Assembly: GCA_016840465.1 (NCBI GenBank)
Contig: JAEOSH010000066.1
Coordinates: 1-10,867, forward strand
Direction of reading: 5' to 3'
Origin: Candidatus Baldrarchaeum yapensis
GTDB taxonomy: Archaea; Asgardarchaeota; Baldrarchaeia; Baldrarchaeales; Baldrarchaeaceae
DNA length: 10,867 bases
Part shown: piece by piece, positions 7,043 through 10,867 of the stretch
How positions within the stretch are numbered: position 1 is the first letter of the stretch
Layout of the letters: every line of letters starts with the position of its first letter
The notes under the pieces: model-generated
The model's input: only the letters and a program-made list of their open reading frames with translations
The model's database searches: none
What the model was told of the DNA's origin: nothing
Made by a program: the position numbers and the translations under genes

Positions 7043-7420
7043 TTAACGTGCTTTCCATTTGAGCAGTAACATGGAAATTTCATCGAGTACTTCTAGGAGC
7101 GATATAGGATATGCTTCTATCACTCTGCCATCTGCCAAATGCTTATGATGGGGATAGCTACTCAGTTCTTTATGGTGAGGCGCATTATCATATCTAAAAA
7201 TTAGGTTGTTATCGCGATCTGTATAATGAAATCTGTAGGAGATTCTTTCAAGTTTTTCTTCTTCGGAAACTATGTACTCTAGGAATGTGAGCTTTGAGCC
7301 ATCAATGAATACTATGGTTCCCCGTAGGACTAGACGTGTTGGAGCCCGTCGCTCTATGCTGATAGATGATAGTGATATTAACGGCTTGAGCAACCTTAGT
7401 TTTTCCTCAACTCTTCCCAC
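7043..7420 (-). CDS. DUF6516/TumE-family putative toxin
   Basis: FIDGSKL..LE, SYRFHY...NLIFRYDNAPHH..LSSYPHHKH is the characteristic DUF6516 motif set. GTG start with GAGGAG upstream, overlapping the antitoxin stop by 14 nt. Confidence 0.85.
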   Translation of the reverse strand: MGRVEEKLRLLKPLISLSSISIERRAPTRLVLRGTIVFIDGSKLTFLEYIVSEEEKLERISYRFHYTDRDNNLIFRYDNAPHHKELSSYPHHKHLADGRVIEAYPISLLEVLDEISMLLLKWKAR

Positions 7421-7715
7421 GTACTCCTCTAATGCTATCTCTGATCACCTTTCTGAGTTCCTCATATTCCTCCTTAGCCTTCTCGAGAAAAACAAGCTCC
7501 CCGTACCACGCCATATAGTCCTCATTATCACCCAGTAGTCCCTGACGATACTTCTCCATGAACTCACGGGAACTCATGCCGTACTTTGACTCGTACTTTC
7601 TGATTTTCTCCTCCGTGGCGGAAATCTCCATCGCGAGTCTTCTGAGGGAGTCTTCAAGCGCCCTGACAACCATCGGGAGAATTTTCCTAGGCACCCTTAC
7701 CTCCGCGTAAGACAC
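7407..7715 (-). CDS. Putative antitoxin of the DUF6516/TumE toxin
   Basis: YESKYGMSSREF..KY..G.LGD..DY..W pattern of small helical proteins found upstream of DUF6516 genes. GTG 7715 has GGAGGT 7 nt upstream. ATG 7730 is an alternative leaderless start. Confidence 0.75.
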   Translation of the reverse strand: MSYAEVRVPRKILPMVVRALEDSLRRLAMEISATEEKIRKYESKYGMSSREFMEKYRQGLLGDNEDYMAWYGELVFLEKAKEEYEELRKVIRDSIRGVRGKS

Positions 7716-7744
7716 GCCAATAACCTCCATCACTATAACGCCCA

Positions 7745-7768
7745 CTTAGGCTTATAAACTCCCCTAAG
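7745..7768 (-). promoter_or_regulatory. TATA box flanked by an inverted repeat (candidate autoregulatory operator)
   Basis: TTTATAAG (7758-7751, minus strand) lies inside CTTAGG-N12-CCTAAG. Confidence 0.5.
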
Positions 7769-7811
7769 AAGATATCAAGAAGAGACTCTCATAACGCCAA
7801 GAACGCACTTA

Positions 7812-7832
7812 TTAGGGAATAATTATTCCTAA
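7812..7832. repeat. Palindrome / second candidate operator box
   Basis: Perfect 14-bp palindrome GGAATAATTATTCC (7816-7829) within TTAGG-N11-CCTAA. Confidence 0.45.
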
Positions 7833-7881
7833 CTCCAAAAATTTGTTAACTAACTTGATGATGGCCTCCTTGCTTAGACGG

Positions 7882-8132
7882 TCAGGTGGCGGTCTCTTCA
7901 CAAGACGCAAATACACTAGTTAATCTTTCAGATGGCTCATGAACAAGATCTCTCGTGTACATAATCCAACTAAGTTGCCGATAACCATCATCGATCCTCC
8001 TGAACAGCACCCCTAAATTCCTGCACGCTTGCTTTAAACATAATCCCTTTCTCCCTAACTTTAGCTCAAAATCTGCAGAAGAGCAGAAAGTTGTCACAAT
8101 TTTGTCTCGATGTCTAACCGCCGATGTTCCAT
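7882..8132 (-). pseudogene. Possible small pseudogene, weakly HEPN-like
   Basis: GGGGGAG + 6 nt + ATG 8132, a premature TGA at 8096-8094, and a one-base shift at the T4 run (8071-8068) joining into the open frame that ends at 7882. Confidence 0.3.
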
Positions 8133-8183
8133 GGCACACTCCCCCATACAATTTGAATTCTCCCCACTATGTACCGTCCTAAT

Positions 8184-8195
8184 GGAAATTTAAAA
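8184..8195 (+). promoter_or_regulatory. Putative BRE/TATA promoter for the ATPase 2-TOPRIM operon
   Basis: GGAAA-TTTAAAA about 45 nt upstream of ATG 8237. Confidence 0.4.
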
Positions 8196-8236
8196 GACCG
8201 AAAAACAATTATTGCTAGTAGTCCTGAATTCGAAGA

Positions 8237-9499
8237 ATGAGGGTGGCATATTTGCCTCTGCTAAGAAATATTGAAATCAAAGATTTTAGAGCGATAGCGG
8301 ATGTGAAATTGGAACTAAATAGGGTGAATGTCATCGTAGGGCGAAATAACACCGGAAAAACCTCCATACTTGAAGCCTTGGCTCTCCTCCTCACCTCATA
8401 CAATGATTATAAGGACGCCCTCGGAAACGATGTCCTAAAATTAGTAGCGAGTAGAGGGGGATACACGTACCTTAAAAGGATTAACGCCGAGATGGCAGTA
8501 ATAAAAGCCCAGACCACTAATGGTGAGGAACTCTCTCTTTACTTCGTAACGGACAAAAACGGGCTTGAGAAGTTAAGTGACATTCCAATACTACAGAAAG
8601 CTGTCCATATCACCATAAGTAGGATTGTTGATGAGGAAATTGAGAAAAAAATTCGAGATTTGGAAGCAAAAATAGATGAACTGAAACGAAGGACTACACC
8701 TTTTTCTAGAACTTTCTTAACTTTTACACCAACGGGCCCTTACGATGAGGAATTAAATGAAACACAAAGACTTTTAAAATTGTATAAGGAGTCAAGAGAC
8801 GTCGCAGCAGAAAAAACTCGCCAAGAACTTCTCAGAAAATTCAGTTTCCTATCAATAGCACTCATTAATAACGAACCCATCGGGGCACACCTAACTATAA
8901 AGTCCGAATTCTATGAAGAAACGAAATCTGCCAAGTTTAAGGAGTATAAACCTCCTGTTTTGGTCAACGTTGGGCTGCAAAGAGATGCTCCAAATAAAAG
9001 TAGTATTTTAGATAAGTTGCCCGTCGACGTACTGATAGACGCACTGGAAAAACTAAAAAACATAATACCCTACTTCTATGACTACAGGAATGGAATGATA
9101 ATTTTTAACTACGCGGGTAGACGTGAAATCGTGCCACTGTCATCCGTTGGCGCCGGCTTTCTCACTTTCCTAGATACCCTCATAACAGCGATCTTAGGCA
9201 TCAATGTCAATATCATAGAAGAGCCGGAGATGCATATGCACCCAAGCTTTCTAGAACAGTTCTGCAGAGAGTTGCTCAACATAATCGACACCTACGATAT
9301 ACAATATATCATGACAACCCATAGCATTGAGTTCCTCCAATATCTCTTCGAATACGCGAAAGACTTGAGAAAACTCGATATCATTAACGTGATCAGAATG
9401 TACAGACTGCCAAATGGCGAAATAGACTACGAAGTCCTCAACGGAAAAGCCGCAATTGAGGAACTCGAAGACATAAAGGGCGATCTGCGTGGCCCGTAA
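8237..9499 (+). CDS. ABC-type ATPase (AAA_15/AAA_21-like) with a coiled-coil insertion
   Basis: IEIKDFRAI, Walker A GRNNTGKT, signature LSSVGAGF, Walker B/D-loop IIEEPEMHMHP, H-loop MTTHS. Heptad-like segment EEIEKKIRDLEAKIDELKRR. Confidence 0.92.
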   Translation: MRVAYLPLLRNIEIKDFRAIADVKLELNRVNVIVGRNNTGKTSILEALALLLTSYNDYKDALGNDVLKLVASRGGYTYLKRINAEMAVIKAQTTNGEELSLYFVTDKNGLEKLSDIPILQKAVHITISRIVDEEIEKKIRDLEAKIDELKRRTTPFSRTFLTFTPTGPYDEELNETQRLLKLYKESRDVAAEKTRQELLRKFSFLSIALINNEPIGAHLTIKSEFYEETKSAKFKEYKPPVLVNVGLQRDAPNKSSILDKLPVDVLIDALEKLKNIIPYFYDYRNGMIIFNYAGRREIVPLSSVGAGFLTFLDTLITAILGINVNIIEEPEMHMHPSFLEQFCRELLNIIDTYDIQYIMTTHSIEFLQYLFEYAKDLRKLDIINVIRMYRLPNGEIDYEVLNGKAAIEELEDIKGDLRGP

Positions 9500-10025
9500 T
9501 CCAGTACTCATCCTGTGCGAAGGTGAAAACGATTACAACTTCCTTAAAAGCATAATAACCGAAAGAACTACACTCTCCAACTACAACGAAAAGGACAGAA
9601 CGATCAGAAAAATGTGGATGAAAATATACCCGACAAACGCGATAATAATCGTGGAAGGAGGTAAAGAAAGACTCCTGCGAAACGCCTCCATACTCGTATC
9701 AAAAATGCGCAGCATCCCTAAAAACCAAAACATTCTCATCATGGTGGACTGCAACCGAAAAACTCCAAAAAGAATGTCAGAAGACATTCATAGAAGAATA
9801 TGTAACATCATAAACGACCCCACGAGATTCCCAACGCACAAACCAACAGCAGAACTCAAACCCCTAGGTTACTTCCACTTTCTGATACAAATTACTTACC
9901 CCACTAGCACCACCCTTTCCATGCATGTCCTAACCGTTCCACACTCGCTGGAATACTGGACAAACAAAGTAAATGACTTTAATCAACTCATACGGGAAAG
10001 ATGGGTCAAGGAACTATCGGAATAA
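9489..10025 (+). CDS. TOPRIM-domain protein (DUF3226/DUF4276/OLD-TOPRIM-like), ATPase partner
   Basis: ILCEGENDYNFL (EGxxD), IIVEGGK, ILIMVDCN (DxD position, codons 9747-9755) and a late SLEYW motif. The GTG start overlaps the ATPase stop by 11 nt. Confidence 0.75.
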   Translation: MARNPVLILCEGENDYNFLKSIITERTTLSNYNEKDRTIRKMWMKIYPTNAIIIVEGGKERLLRNASILVSKMRSIPKNQNILIMVDCNRKTPKRMSEDIHRRICNIINDPTRFPTHKPTAELKPLGYFHFLIQITYPTSTTLSMHVLTVPHSLEYWTNKVNDFNQLIRERWVKELSE

Positions 10026-10506
10026 ACGCTAATAAATGATCGTAGAAGAGTTAATTTGGAGCCGCAAGTTGCAATATGCTCCCAAATAAGCGAACCTCAT
10101 AATTCGCTAGGAAGATAGAACTCACTAAAAACTTTCACCGACTTCTCCGGGATAGATGGAGAGATGGCGCGGCTCTGGATCATAGGAAGTCTAGGAAACG
10201 CGTAATCCTTGCGGTATACGTATCATGGCTGGAAACGAACTCGATGCGCTTCCATGAGGGCGATCGAGAAAGTTAATTAATAACCTCAAACCTCGGAAAC
10301 CTAAACCACAAAAATTAGACAAAAATGCTAATTCTACCCCTAAGCCTTTTTAGCCCTGCCTAGTATAGTATCCCATCAGCCGACTTGCTACACCTCAAAT
10401 TTAAAAAAGACTTAATAACTTTAAAGACTCTACCTGAATGCCAAGTTTTAGGGGAATAAATACTGACAAATCGAAATATTATGATGGTGAAAAAAGGGTG
10501 TACGAT

Positions 10507-10867
10507 ATGCTCACAAATGAGGAAATTTTGCTGACGGTATTGTACTTATGTGGGGGATCAATCCGAGGACTCACCCGATTGCACAAGATAATGTTCCTCC
10601 TCCAGAAAGAACTAAATTTCGGCAATTTCGTCTTTAAACCATCAAATTTCGGCCCATGGTCCGCAAATCTCAACAACCTACTAAGAAGACTCGAAGAAGA
10701 GAATCTAATACGAATAGTAGAAGTTGAGGAAGAGTTCCGCCCACACAGGGAGAACCCCCTCAAAATAATCACTACAACGGCAAGAGGGTTCGAAAAGGGC
10801 AAAGAAATATTTCGTAACCTGGAGAAAAAGGACAGAATTTCCGCAATTTTTCAGCAAGATTGCGGAA
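10507..10867 (+). CDS. Panacea/DUF4065-YwgA-like winged-helix protein, 3' partial and absent from the ORF track
   Basis: Open to the window end: MLTNEEILLTVLYLCGGSIRGLTRLHKIMFLLQKELNFGNFVFKPSNFGPWSANLNNLLRRLEEENLI...ITTTARG. The I-x-G-x-T-R-L-x-K-x-x-F-L and F-x-P-x-x-F-G-P-x-S motifs are typical. Alternative start GTG 10498 with GGTGA at 10486-10490. Confidence 0.75.
   Translation, partial: MLTNEEILLTVLYLCGGSIRGLTRLHKIMFLLQKELNFGNFVFKPSNFGPWSANLNNLLRRLEEENLIRIVEVEEEFRPHRENPLKIITTTARGFEKGKEIFRNLEKKDRISAIFQQDCG

Noticed and set aside
10026-10130. Two short hairpins (10054-10087, 10089-10108) and in-frame read-through after the TOPRIM stop
   Set aside because: The stems are short or imperfect with no T-tract, and the continuation has no motif. 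I cannot distinguish this from chance.
10614-10653. AAATTTCGGC repeated 30 nt apart
   Set aside because: Both copies encode NFG within a CDS. This is not an array.
159-10802. Antisense or alternate-frame track ORFs (159-365, 1118-1495, 2526-2816, 2686-2883, 4754-5086, 5611-5859, 5896-6102, 6244-6480, 7272-7538, 8215-8403, 9109-9291, 9251-9511, 9581-9787, 10479-10802)
   Set aside because: Each overlaps a better-supported gene with recognisable motifs and reads like shadow sequence (rich in Ser/Phe/Leu/Ile, no motifs).
1-10867. CRISPR array, tRNA/rRNA, IS element or integrase
   Set aside because: I saw no regularly spaced repeats, tRNA T-loop/cloverleaf, terminal inverted repeats with target duplication, or transposase/recombinase motifs.

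Overview
A 10.9-kb accessory, defence-island-like window, most likely from a thermophilic archaeon (inferred from BRE/TATA promoters, GGAGG/GGTGA ribosome sites, AGA/AGG/ATA-rich codons, and archaeal-type EVE and DUF365 genes). No rRNA, tRNA, CRISPR array, transposase or integrase is visible. From left to right: a NucS-like PD-(D/E)XK nuclease with a C-terminal zinc ribbon; a coupled DUF6884-like + GIY-YIG nuclease pair; a divergent pair of PUA-like genes (EVE and DUF365/ASCH-like); an ABC-type (AAA_15/AAA_21-like) ATPase + PD-(D/E)XK pair; a toxin-antitoxin-rich centre (orphan DUF433, an unknown two-gene module, an antitoxin + DUF6516/TumE pair, probable gene remnants); a second ABC-type ATPase + TOPRIM pair (PARIS/OLD-like layout); and a partial Panacea/YwgA-like winged-helix gene at the right edge that the ORF track misses. 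The best candidate for an undescribed system is the DUF6884-like + atypical GIY-YIG operon next to two stand-alone putative modified-base readers. All family calls come from motif recognition by eye and need HMM or structure confirmation.
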